Shown: positions 1-8,556 of the stretch, piece by piece
How positions within the stretch are numbered: the first letter of the stretch is position 1
Layout: each line of letters opens with the position of its first letter
DNA from: a virus
Taxonomy: Duplodnaviria > Caudoviricetes
Length of the DNA stretch: 64,000 bases
Direction: 5' to 3' (one strand)
Virus record (IMG/VR): IMGVR_UViG_3300028805_000088
Location: 25,029-89,028 of that record
Made by a program: the position numbers and the translations under genes
The notes under the pieces: generated by a model
What the model was told of the DNA's origin: nothing
Seen by the model: only the letters and a program-made list of their open reading frames with translations
Database searches by the model: none

Positions 1-15
1 TAATTTTTACCCTAA

Positions 16-1059
16 TTAAAATTCACCTGCTGTAAGTGTAATCTCTTCAGCCTCAGTTGCAACGATTGTAGAACCGCCACCAAGTGTAAGTGTAATTCCA
101 GCAGTTGCATCAACAGCCATGCTTACAACGTCAGCATTTTGTCTTGCGGTAGCCTCTGCTGTATCTGCGGCAGTTCTAGCAGAAATCTCTGCATCTAATG
201 CATCTTGTAACGCAGTCTCTGAACTAGTTGCACGAGTAGTTTCAACTGCTATTGCAGCATCAGTCTCAGCCTTTGTATAGTAATTGTCAGCATCGAACAA
301 GTCACCAATGTCGATTCTAGTTGTCTCCTTACCAGCGTCTGTGTTCCAAATGATTACAAGGTAAGTTGTACCTCCAGTGGTCTCAAGTGTAACACTGTCA
401 ATCATTCCATCCTTGATGAAATCAGTTGCATCAATTGAATCAATCTTTACATTGTTAGCGTTGTAGAAATCAATTGTCTTTCCGCTTGAATTATAATCAA
501 CACTAGCAACAGCATTTGCCTTACGTTCTGCAACCTCATCAGCCAAAGCGTCAACGATTGCTGTTTCTGCGCTCAATGCTCTAGTCTTTTCAGCCTCAAT
601 CTTTGCATCAAGTGCTGCTTCAGCAGCTTCTGCTCTAGTAATTTCTTCTTCAAGTGCTTGAGTAGAACCACTCTCAATTGCGCTAATTCTGTCGTTAAGT
701 GCTGTCTCTGCGCTAATTGCACGAGCCTCTTCTGCATCAACATCAGCAGCTCTATCAGCAATCTCCTGGTCTACCTTGCCATCAACAGCTTCAATCAAGT
801 TTCCAAGTGCGGTTTCAGCAGATGTTGCTCTTGCTACCTCATTAGTAATTGATTGAGTTACATCTGAAAGTAATGCTAAAATCTGTTCCTCAGTTGCAAC
901 AGCTACAACATCACCAGCTGAATTCTTGAAAAAAATCTTCTCTTGACCATCTGTGATAGCAAGTGCAATTTCAGCAGCGTTTAACTTTGCAGCAGCAGCT
1001 TGTATTGCTGCAACACCAACTTTAGTGGTGAATAAATGTGAATACCTAAAATTTGCCAT
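16..1059 (-). CDS. fibre-like virion protein with Ala/Glu-rich coiled-coil repeats (paralogue 1)
   Basis: RATSAE/RAEAAE heptad repeats; VASVDY...KDGMIDSV module shared with 3653..5662; ends AGEF like 1094..3493. Confidence 0.6.
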   Translation of the reverse strand: MANFRYSHLFTTKVGVAAIQAAAAKLNAAEIALAITDGQEKIFFKNSAGDVVAVATEEQILALLSDVTQSITNEVARATSAETALGNLIEAVDGKVDQEIADRAADVDAEEARAISAETALNDRISAIESGSTQALEEEITRAEAAEAALDAKIEAEKTRALSAETAIVDALADEVAERKANAVASVDYNSSGKTIDFYNANNVKIDSIDATDFIKDGMIDSVTLETTGGTTYLVIIWNTDAGKETTRIDIGDLFDADNYYTKAETDAAIAVETTRATSSETALQDALDAEISARTAADTAEATARQNADVVSMAVDATAGITLTLGGGSTIVATEAEEITLTAGEF

Positions 1060-1093
1060 ATTCTTTCTTTTTTGTTATTAATAAATTATTTTA

Positions 1094-3493
1094 TTAGAAT
1101 TCTCCAGCTCCAAGGTCAACTTGCTCTGCTGAAGCGAATGTTATTATATCTCCGTTATTTTTAGTAATTGAAATTGTTGCATCAGAAGCGATGTTTCCGC
1201 TAACAATGTCAGCACCCTCAAGTTCCTCTTCCTTTGCAGTTGCTCTATTAGTCTCAGCAGTAAGGTTTTGTCTTAATTGAGCAATCTTATCTTCTAAATC
1301 AGTTTTTATCTCTGTCTCAGCACTAGTTGCCCTTTCTCTTTCTGCGGCAATTTCCTCAGATACGCCACTAGTGATTGCTTCTATTTTAGCATCTATTCCA
1401 GATACCTTAACACCGTTTGAACTAACAGAAAGATAGTCTTCGCTAGTTGGGTCTTTCTTTACTGATACTTTTCCGTCAATAACTTGAAGACCGTCTTCAA
1501 ACATGTCCTCGTCAATAATCTGGCTTACATCAATTTCAACGATGTCACCGTTTGCAAACTCAATGTAGATAATTCCGTCAGAAACCCAAGTTCTTTCAAT
1601 AACTGCTGGAGTGAATTCAGATACATTTATTGAGCATATTTCACTGCCTTCTTGGTTCTTAAAACGTATTTTATTGTCATGCTTATAATATGTTGCATCG
1701 GCAAATAGTTTTGTTGCAGCATCTATATTTAATCTATGCAACTCACGATGCATTACATCAATAATACCATTTCCAATATCTGTATAGTCTGCACGGTCAT
1801 CACCATCCCAATCTGTTAAAGCCTTAACAATATTAGAGGTGTGCGCCAAGTTGTTTGATATGATATTCTCTTTGTTTACGGCACGAAGGGTTTCTTGTCT
1901 TAGCTCATTCGCAATACCAAGTTCTACGGTTTCGGCACGTTGTTTTTCAGTTGCTATCTTATCATCGACTGAAGCCTCTATTTCGCCCTTAATAGCATTA
2001 ACATAAGCCTTATCAGCTTTTGCGGTGATTTGTCTCTCCAAGTCAGCCTTGGTCTCGTCAATGTAATCTCTTACAGAACCGTCTTTAGCATCGGTATAAG
2101 AATTCGCATCGCTTAGTGCGTTGTTAGCAACTTTATCAGCATATTTCTTAGCACCGTAAATAGTATAATCCTCTTCTCTGTCACTTGCACTACCAATGAT
2201 TGCATTATCTGCTTCTACTCTGTCATTGATTTCTTTTGTGAGGTCTCTCTCAAGATTATTCAATCTCTGGTCTCTCTCAAGATTTTCCTCTCTCATGTCA
2301 TCAATTCTTACATTAGCTGCATCAATTCTCTGTCCAAGAGCGTTATCACCAGCAATACGGTCTCTCTTCTCTTCTTCCAAAGAACCTGCAAGGTCATCAA
2401 CAGCACCGCTTACGGCTCTAAGTTCTGTTCTGTCAGCCTTTCTATTATCTAAAGAATCTAACTGTACGCCAAATCTAGCCTTATCTCTCTCATAATCAGT
2501 TTTATCAACTTTATCATTAACAGTATTAGATAAGCTGTTAACTCTAGACTCCAATGCGTTTAAATCTGTCTTATCAGCCTTGCTAGGTAATGATACATTA
2601 TTAATCTCATTGATGTCGTTGGTATTATTTGCCACATTTTCCGTTAACTCAGCAATGTCTTCTTGAATATCAGCAATTTCATCATCATACCTTGTTTCTA
2701 GAGTATCTAGTTTGTCATTTATGGTATCAATTTTACCATTTGTTACAGTCTTATATTGAGTTAAATCACTATTAAGTTCATTATATTGGTTGTACAGTGT
2801 TGTTTGAATATTACCTACTCTGTCTTCAAGTGCGTTTAATCTCGCCTTGCTTGCATATTTACCATCGGCATCAACTTCTGTTATGAACCCTCTGCTCATT
2901 ACCCAGTCTTCAGTTGCATATGCATCACCGATTTCTTCAAGCTTCTCGTCTATATCTTGCTTTGTATATACATCAGATTTATTGGCAAATGTATTATAAG
3001 CTTCAGCTTTGTCAAGTTTTTTATCAACGTTTGTTTCTAACGAATTAAGTCTTTCTTTTGTTTCTTCCTCAAATGTAGATGTTTCTGCAAGGTGTTCATT
3101 GAGCCTATTATCAACATTATCAATGTGTGCAGATAAGATTCCCAATTCATCATATATTGGGTTAAAATCGTCAACAAGTTCATTAATCTTATTGGTGATT
3201 TCCTCGTCACGCTGTTCAAGACTATCAATTCTTTCTCTATTTTTGTTAATTCCCTTTGCTAACCACTTATTGATAATGTCTTGCTTGTCAACAAATGTGT
3301 CAACCTTACCGCTAAGTTCATTAACGGTAGCAAGGTCAGCTTTACCCTTAGTTGCACCAGATATTGCATTGATTTCCTTATCTTGTTCCTTATTTACCTC
3401 ACGAATATCACTTAAATCGGCATTAGGCAAACCAATATAGCTATTCTGGTCAGCATATCCATAGAATTCTAGGTGTCTTATTCTTTTTCCCAT
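1094..3493 (-). CDS. long coiled-coil fibre-like virion protein (paralogue 2)
   Basis: extended heptad coil, RATSAE repeats, NGD..IDV...FEDGL...NGVKVSG module shared with 3653..5662, C-terminal AGEF; TATTTATA motif upstream. Confidence 0.6.
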   Translation of the reverse strand: MGKRIRHLEFYGYADQNSYIGLPNADLSDIREVNKEQDKEINAISGATKGKADLATVNELSGKVDTFVDKQDIINKWLAKGINKNRERIDSLEQRDEEITNKINELVDDFNPIYDELGILSAHIDNVDNRLNEHLAETSTFEEETKERLNSLETNVDKKLDKAEAYNTFANKSDVYTKQDIDEKLEEIGDAYATEDWVMSRGFITEVDADGKYASKARLNALEDRVGNIQTTLYNQYNELNSDLTQYKTVTNGKIDTINDKLDTLETRYDDEIADIQEDIAELTENVANNTNDINEINNVSLPSKADKTDLNALESRVNSLSNTVNDKVDKTDYERDKARFGVQLDSLDNRKADRTELRAVSGAVDDLAGSLEEEKRDRIAGDNALGQRIDAANVRIDDMREENLERDQRLNNLERDLTKEINDRVEADNAIIGSASDREEDYTIYGAKKYADKVANNALSDANSYTDAKDGSVRDYIDETKADLERQITAKADKAYVNAIKGEIEASVDDKIATEKQRAETVELGIANELRQETLRAVNKENIISNNLAHTSNIVKALTDWDGDDRADYTDIGNGIIDVMHRELHRLNIDAATKLFADATYYKHDNKIRFKNQEGSEICSINVSEFTPAVIERTWVSDGIIYIEFANGDIVEIDVSQIIDEDMFEDGLQVIDGKVSVKKDPTSEDYLSVSSNGVKVSGIDAKIEAITSGVSEEIAAERERATSAETEIKTDLEDKIAQLRQNLTAETNRATAKEEELEGADIVSGNIASDATISITKNNGDIITFASAEQVDLGAGEF

Positions 3494-3606
3494 AATTTTA
3501 TGATTAATTTTATATATTACGTAATTATAACTTGTATGTTAGTACTAATTTACTATAAATAGTTTTTTTAAACTAAAAATATTTGTAATCTAGTACTAAG
3601 TTACAT

Positions 3607-3637
3607 AAAAAAGAGCAACCATCACTGATTGCTCTTT
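3607..3637 (-). terminator. intrinsic terminator
   Basis: AAAGAGCAA/TTGCTCTTT stem. Confidence 0.75.
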
Positions 3638-3652
3638 ATCTAATCTCTAAAA

Positions 3653-5662
3653 TTAATCCTTTTTAACTGTGTATACTGTACTGTCCCCATCTGTTGAAGT
3701 TTCAACATGATAGCCTTCTGGAACAAATGATGTGTGTTCACCCTCTGCCCTATTATCTGCTGGATTGAAGTCATAGAACTTACCGCCAGTTACAACAATC
3801 TTTGCAGTTCCTGCTCTGTAATTTGCATCATAGCAGTTCAATAAGAATGTCTTATCGTCACCAAGGTTCTTGAATACACCAGCACTGATGTTGATTGTAC
3901 CAAGATAGCAATAGATGAGTTCACCACCGCTTCTGTCTGTTACATAAGTAGGTTCAGCAGCGAAGAATCCACTTGTACCACTTAAGTTGATTACGGTATC
4001 AGCACCATTTGTCTCAACGGCAATACGCCCAGCAGCATCGAAAGTTCCATTGCCCATAATTGTGAGTTTTTGCTGTCCTCTTGTCATAATGCTAGGGTTA
4101 TTTGTTGTTGAGCCACTGAATGTAAGGTTCTTTCCATTGAGATTCAACGTGGTCTCGTTCTTAGATGTGATTCCACCAGTGTATGTTGATGTTGTGATGT
4201 CTTCTCCTAATTTAACAGTACCATTCTTCTTCATCATATTGTTGAAAGTACCGTCAGCAGGAACACCCCACTCAACATTTCCTCCAAGTTCACTTACTAT
4301 TTCCTTCAAGTTGTTATAGTCCTTCTTAACTTGAACAATCTCAGCTTCCTTCTCAGAAATCAAAGCATCCACCTCTTCCTTGGTATAGGTTGTTTCCCTA
4401 TCAGCCTTCAAGTCAATTGCAGACTGCAAATCAGTTTCAGCAGAAATAGCCCTCTGAGACTCATTCTCAACCTCAGTGAATAAATTGTCCACAGCACCAC
4501 TTATAATGCTGTCAACAGCCGCCAAATCGCCAACAAAACCATCAACTGAAGCTTTATCATAGTAATTGTTTGGGTTGAATATGTCTGTCAAAGGAATCTG
4601 AATATCTTGCTTTCCACTATCTGTATTGAAAGTAATAACAAGCTTATCGTTTTCTATTTTAACATCATCAACCATTCCATCCTTAATGAATTTAGACGCA
4701 TCGATTGAATCAATCTTCTCGTTATTAGCATTATAGAAGTCAATAGTCTTTCCACTCTCATCATATTCAACGCTAGCCACAGCTTCAGCCTTGCGGTCTG
4801 CAACTTCTTGGTCAATCTTAGCATCAAGTGCGGTTTCAGCAGATTTAGCCCTTGCCTCTTCATCATCAACATCAGCCTTTCTATCAGCAATCTCGTTAGT
4901 GAGTAATGTTCTAATCTCTTGTTCTGCTGATGTTGCACGACTTTCTTCGGAACTAAGTTCATCGTTTGTTGTATCAATTCTATGATTAAGTTGTCCCTCT
5001 GTTTGTGTTGCACGAGTTTTTTCAGCCTCTAATGCTGTTTCGATTTCATCTTCCCTAGCCTTTGCTCTAGTTTCCTCTGCATCAACATCAGCTATTCTAT
5101 CAGCAATTTCTTGGTCAAGTTTAGACTCTATTCTCTGTTCCTCTGCTGTTGCTCTTGCAATTTCTTGGTCAAGTTTAGACTCTATTCTCTGTTCCTCACC
5201 TTCTGCACGGTCTTTTTCCACCTCAATATCAGCCTTAACGCCAGCAACCTTGACACCATTTTCACTTACTGTTAAATAATCGTCAGAATCACCGTCAATA
5301 AGAACCTTTACTACATGGTCGTTAATGGTAAGTCCATCCTTGAACTCATTCTCATCGAGAAGGTCTGTAAGGTCAATTGTTATAACGTCACCATTTGTAA
5401 AGGTGATAGTTAAGATACCATCTTTATACTCAGTTTTTTCAATGATAGAATCAGACTTAACAAAGTCAGAAACATTTAATTCTCCGACTTTATTTCCATC
5501 TTTATTGTAAAAGTAGATTTTATTATCATCTTTTACGTATTTGGTATCAGCGAAAAAACTATCTAAATCGTTTTCGTGAATTATATCAGCACTCTGGTAA
5601 TTATTTTCGTCTTGATAGCCCCAAGGCTCATACATTCTAGTTTTTTTCTTTTGTAATGCCAT
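3653..5662 (-). CDS. mosaic fibre / receptor-binding protein (paralogue 3) with beta-rich C-terminal domain
   Basis: carries modules of both neighbouring fibre genes plus a unique Gly/Thr-rich beta-helix-like C-terminus; late motif at 5693..5700. Confidence 0.6.
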   Translation of the reverse strand: MALQKKKTRMYEPWGYQDENNYQSADIIHENDLDSFFADTKYVKDDNKIYFYNKDGNKVGELNVSDFVKSDSIIEKTEYKDGILTITFTNGDVITIDLTDLLDENEFKDGLTINDHVVKVLIDGDSDDYLTVSENGVKVAGVKADIEVEKDRAEGEEQRIESKLDQEIARATAEEQRIESKLDQEIADRIADVDAEETRAKAREDEIETALEAEKTRATQTEGQLNHRIDTTNDELSSEESRATSAEQEIRTLLTNEIADRKADVDDEEARAKSAETALDAKIDQEVADRKAEAVASVEYDESGKTIDFYNANNEKIDSIDASKFIKDGMVDDVKIENDKLVITFNTDSGKQDIQIPLTDIFNPNNYYDKASVDGFVGDLAAVDSIISGAVDNLFTEVENESQRAISAETDLQSAIDLKADRETTYTKEEVDALISEKEAEIVQVKKDYNNLKEIVSELGGNVEWGVPADGTFNNMMKKNGTVKLGEDITTSTYTGGITSKNETTLNLNGKNLTFSGSTTNNPSIMTRGQQKLTIMGNGTFDAAGRIAVETNGADTVINLSGTSGFFAAEPTYVTDRSGGELIYCYLGTINISAGVFKNLGDDKTFLLNCYDANYRAGTAKIVVTGGKFYDFNPADNRAEGEHTSFVPEGYHVETSTDGDSTVYTVKKD
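5103..5197. repeat. exact 41-bp direct repeat (54-bp period) inside fibre gene
   Basis: gcaatttcttggtcaagtttagactctattctctgttcctc at 5103..5143 and 5157..5197, encoding EEQRIESKLDQEIA twice. Confidence 0.9.
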
Positions 5663-5753
5663 CGTTATAATTATATTACTTTGTTATTTAAATATAAATA
5701 TTTTGATGATACAGATTATATTTTCCTAATTTAATATTTTTTAAGAAAAATAA

Positions 5754-5785
5754 TTTGGTTGTTTCAATTATTTTTCGTACATTTG
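5754..5785 (+). promoter_or_regulatory. Bacteroidota sigma-A promoter
   Basis: TTTG-N20-TACATTTG. Confidence 0.8.
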
Positions 5786-5801
5786 CAAAAAACAATAAAA
5801 T

Positions 5802-6017
5802 ATGAGAAACGGATATTGGAAATGCGAATTTGAAAACAAAAATGGCGAAATTATAGAGAAAACCATCTATGCGAAGACATCATACGGTGCATTCAAACAC
5901 ACTTTTGAAATGGGTGTGAGGGATGGTTTAGAGCCAAAGTATGAAACACTAAGAGAGGCAACTGACGAAGAAGCCAAAGAATTTAAAAAAACGATAAAGA
6001 ATAAAACAAAAAATTAA
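5802..6017 (+). CDS. small early hypothetical protein
   Basis: ORF directly behind a Bacteroidota-type promoter. Confidence 0.7.
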   Translation: MRNGYWKCEFENKNGEIIEKTIYAKTSYGAFKHTFEMGVRDGLEPKYETLREATDEEAKEFKKTIKNKTKN

Positions 6018-6022
6018 ACTAT

Positions 6023-6250
6023 ATGGAAGAAAATTTTGACAGAGAATATTACATCGCAGCAATATGTGATAAATTTGCTTGTGATGGCATTGATGTAGAC
6101 CTTTATTTTGAGACAGTAAACAAGGCAATCGACAAAACATTGGATGAATACACTGAAAATGGAAGTCTGTTAATCGAAGACTACGATATGTTTGACCAAG
6201 ACCTTTATACAAATGTATCAAATGGTTTGGAAGGGCTGTACGATGATTAA
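6023..6250 (+). CDS. small, very acidic hypothetical protein
   Basis: 75 aa, 21 D/E vs 4 K/R; co-oriented with 5802..6017; stop codon overlaps the convergent stop of the next gene. Confidence 0.7.
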   Translation: MEENFDREYYIAAICDKFACDGIDVDLYFETVNKAIDKTLDEYTENGSLLIEDYDMFDQDLYTNVSNGLEGLYDD

Positions 6251-8016
6251 AAGCCTGAATTAGAAAACGCATTAACCAAACATAACAGATTGCTAGAACT
6301 TTGTTCTGGCAATTTTTCTTCCAATGCATCAATTACAATCTTCAGTGTTGCTCCGCTGTTGATGTCCTCATCGAAAATCAAGAACTTGGCATTCTTGAAC
6401 CTATCCATCAACTCTCCATTTGTCATATAACCATCAGCAATTATATATAAGTTAGACAAAAAAGGACGGAACATTTTCTTGAAACTAGTTATTTTGAACT
6501 TTTTGATATTAAATCTAAGTTTATATCCGTTTTTTTTCAAAATATCTGAGTATTCCTGCACTAGATTCATAGTTTCCATCAATAACTGATTAAACGCTTT
6601 TATCCCTATTTTCGTTTTTATTCTAAGAGAAACCTCGTTAAATATCCTTCTTGAATCATATTGTTTAGTATATAGTTTATTCTTCTCCTTTAAAAAATTC
6701 TTAACCAGATGTGTTGACACATTATCACCATTAAGGTTTTCTATGATTGTGTTGTATGCATAAATCATAGTACAGTCAAAAACCTCTTCTAATGATATTT
6801 TCTCCCTACTGTGGCTTTCAATTGATATATTACCGAATATATCCCTATTGTCGTAAATAAAGTTACGGATTGGCTCGGATACAATATACCCAATTTCATT
6901 ATATGCTATGTTTTTGGCTTGACTTTCAAATTCCAACACATCCTTTGGTGAAAAACCTTTTGACAGCAAATCCTCACCATCGGCATACCTAACGTTAATT
7001 ACATTCCTCTTGAAAAAATCACTGATATATTTAATTCCTAGTTTATTGGATAAATTATGGCAATAATATTCATTGAATTTTGACGAAGATGGTGCTGAAA
7101 CTATAAAATCTGGACTAAACCCTTCTTTCCTTAAGGCATAGGCTGCATAATTAACCGATTTATCCAAAAATTGAGAAACACTTGAATATTCATTGCCTCC
7201 GTTTAAACCATATTGCTGCTTAAAATGTCCATCCTTAACTCCATTAAGGGAAAAATTTTGCGCAATATTTGGCGTTATGGAATTGTCATATCTTATATCC
7301 AACTGTTTCAAATTTCCATTTTGGTCTTTCTCCCTACTGTCTTTATCAATACCTAGTAACGAGTCAGTATTGCCATTTTGCCTTATACTTCCGTGTTTAA
7401 TCGCATCGCTGAAATTGAAATCAGTCATGGAAAACAACGATATATACTTGACATTGGTGTTTGGAACAATACCAGTTATATATCTCGCAATATTATTACT
7501 ATTATCGTCAGAATTAGATACCCTACCATAAGTCATTGACAACCTATTATAGTCAGATTCTATTCTATTAATTGATTTTTTACACAAATCTATTATTCTG
7601 TTATCAGAAAAAGATGAATTAAGCCATTTGTTTATTGATGTCTCAGTTATTTTGTCCAAACCATTAGGAAGAACACATTTACCCACACGACCATTGGTAA
7701 CATAATCAATAACTATCTTGTATGCATCAATAGCTGCCTTCTTTGACACATAATCTTGAGATAATGATTTTGAATTACCCATAGGCTTACCATTTTTTGA
7801 CAGCATCTTTCCATTTAAAATATCATCTTTTGTTCCGAACACACGAGTATCAACACTATTAGCACCCTTGTTGGAATTGTTGTCTTTCCTCTGATTTACG
7901 GACAAATTTAACATACCATTATCTAAACGAGTCCAATCAATGCCCTCCAATGCTAATAGCCTTGACTCGTTTATATAGATTTTTTTTGAACTATTGTCTT
8001 TCGTATATAATATCAT
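6247..8016 (-). CDS. large type I phosphoribosyltransferase (PRTase/ComF-like) domain protein
   Basis: PDFIVSAPSSS and C-terminal FLIFDEDINSGATL PRPP-binding loop. Confidence 0.7.
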   Translation of the reverse strand: MILYTKDNSSKKIYINESRLLALEGIDWTRLDNGMLNLSVNQRKDNNSNKGANSVDTRVFGTKDDILNGKMLSKNGKPMGNSKSLSQDYVSKKAAIDAYKIVIDYVTNGRVGKCVLPNGLDKITETSINKWLNSSFSDNRIIDLCKKSINRIESDYNRLSMTYGRVSNSDDNSNNIARYITGIVPNTNVKYISLFSMTDFNFSDAIKHGSIRQNGNTDSLLGIDKDSREKDQNGNLKQLDIRYDNSITPNIAQNFSLNGVKDGHFKQQYGLNGGNEYSSVSQFLDKSVNYAAYALRKEGFSPDFIVSAPSSSKFNEYYCHNLSNKLGIKYISDFFKRNVINVRYADGEDLLSKGFSPKDVLEFESQAKNIAYNEIGYIVSEPIRNFIYDNRDIFGNISIESHSREKISLEEVFDCTMIYAYNTIIENLNGDNVSTHLVKNFLKEKNKLYTKQYDSRRIFNEVSLRIKTKIGIKAFNQLLMETMNLVQEYSDILKKNGYKLRFNIKKFKITSFKKMFRPFLSNLYIIADGYMTNGELMDRFKNAKFLIFDEDINSGATLKIVIDALEEKLPEQSSSNLLCLVNAFSNSGF

Positions 8017-8396
8017 AAAACTTTTCTACCAAATACCTTGTTTATTGATTCAATAATCGCACGTTTGATTATTCCTTCATTTTTCTCCCATTCATAGTCA
8101 TTGTTATCCCTCTCACCGTTGTAAGTCTCATAGTTATCATCATTCCAAACAACCTCTCTAGGTCGTTTTTGAGCATTCTGAGGCGTTTTAACTATCTGTT
8201 GGCTATCGTAGTCCAACAACTCCTTTAAATGCCTTGTAAGTGCTGTGTATAAACTTTGGTCATAACCCTTCTTACCACCAATACGCTTCATATGGTATCC
8301 TAGTTTTTCAGCAAATACATGAATTGCCCTAGGAGAGATATTCTTTCCTAGAGAATTTCTAAATTTCTTACTTATTTCTTGTGCCGACCACAACAT
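8013..8396 (-). CDS. hypothetical protein with possible N-terminal HTH, translationally coupled to the PRTase
   Basis: ATGA overlap with PRTase; MLWSAQEISKKF... MerR/Xis-like start; late motif at 8413..8420. Confidence 0.55.
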   Translation of the reverse strand: MLWSAQEISKKFRNSLGKNISPRAIHVFAEKLGYHMKRIGGKKGYDQSLYTALTRHLKELLDYDSQQIVKTPQNAQKRPREVVWNDDNYETYNGERDNNDYEWEKNEGIIKRAIIESINKVFGRKVL

Positions 8397-8412
8397 ATTT
8401 TTCTATTTATTA

Positions 8413-8420
8413 TATAAATA
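8413..8420 (-). promoter_or_regulatory. putative late promoter (HTH-PRTase operon)
   Basis: TATTTATA 16 nt upstream of 8396. Confidence 0.65.
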
Positions 8421-8454
8421 GATTTTCAACTCAAATAATATTTATTCCAATTTA

Positions 8455-8486
8455 TTTGTTTTTTTAGATTTTTTAACATATATTTG
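8455..8486 (+). promoter_or_regulatory. Bacteroidota sigma-A promoter (DNA polymerase)
   Basis: TTTG-N20-TATATTTG. Confidence 0.8.
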
Positions 8487-8556
8487 CACAAAATTAAGAA
8501 GTGATGACATCTTGGTATGCCTATAGCTTCCAATAACGATATAAACAGTTCAAATA

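Noticed and set aside
8499-8556. GTGATGA box C-like motif in the polymerase leader
   Set aside because: Single copy, no box D partner or array, no Nop-domain gene
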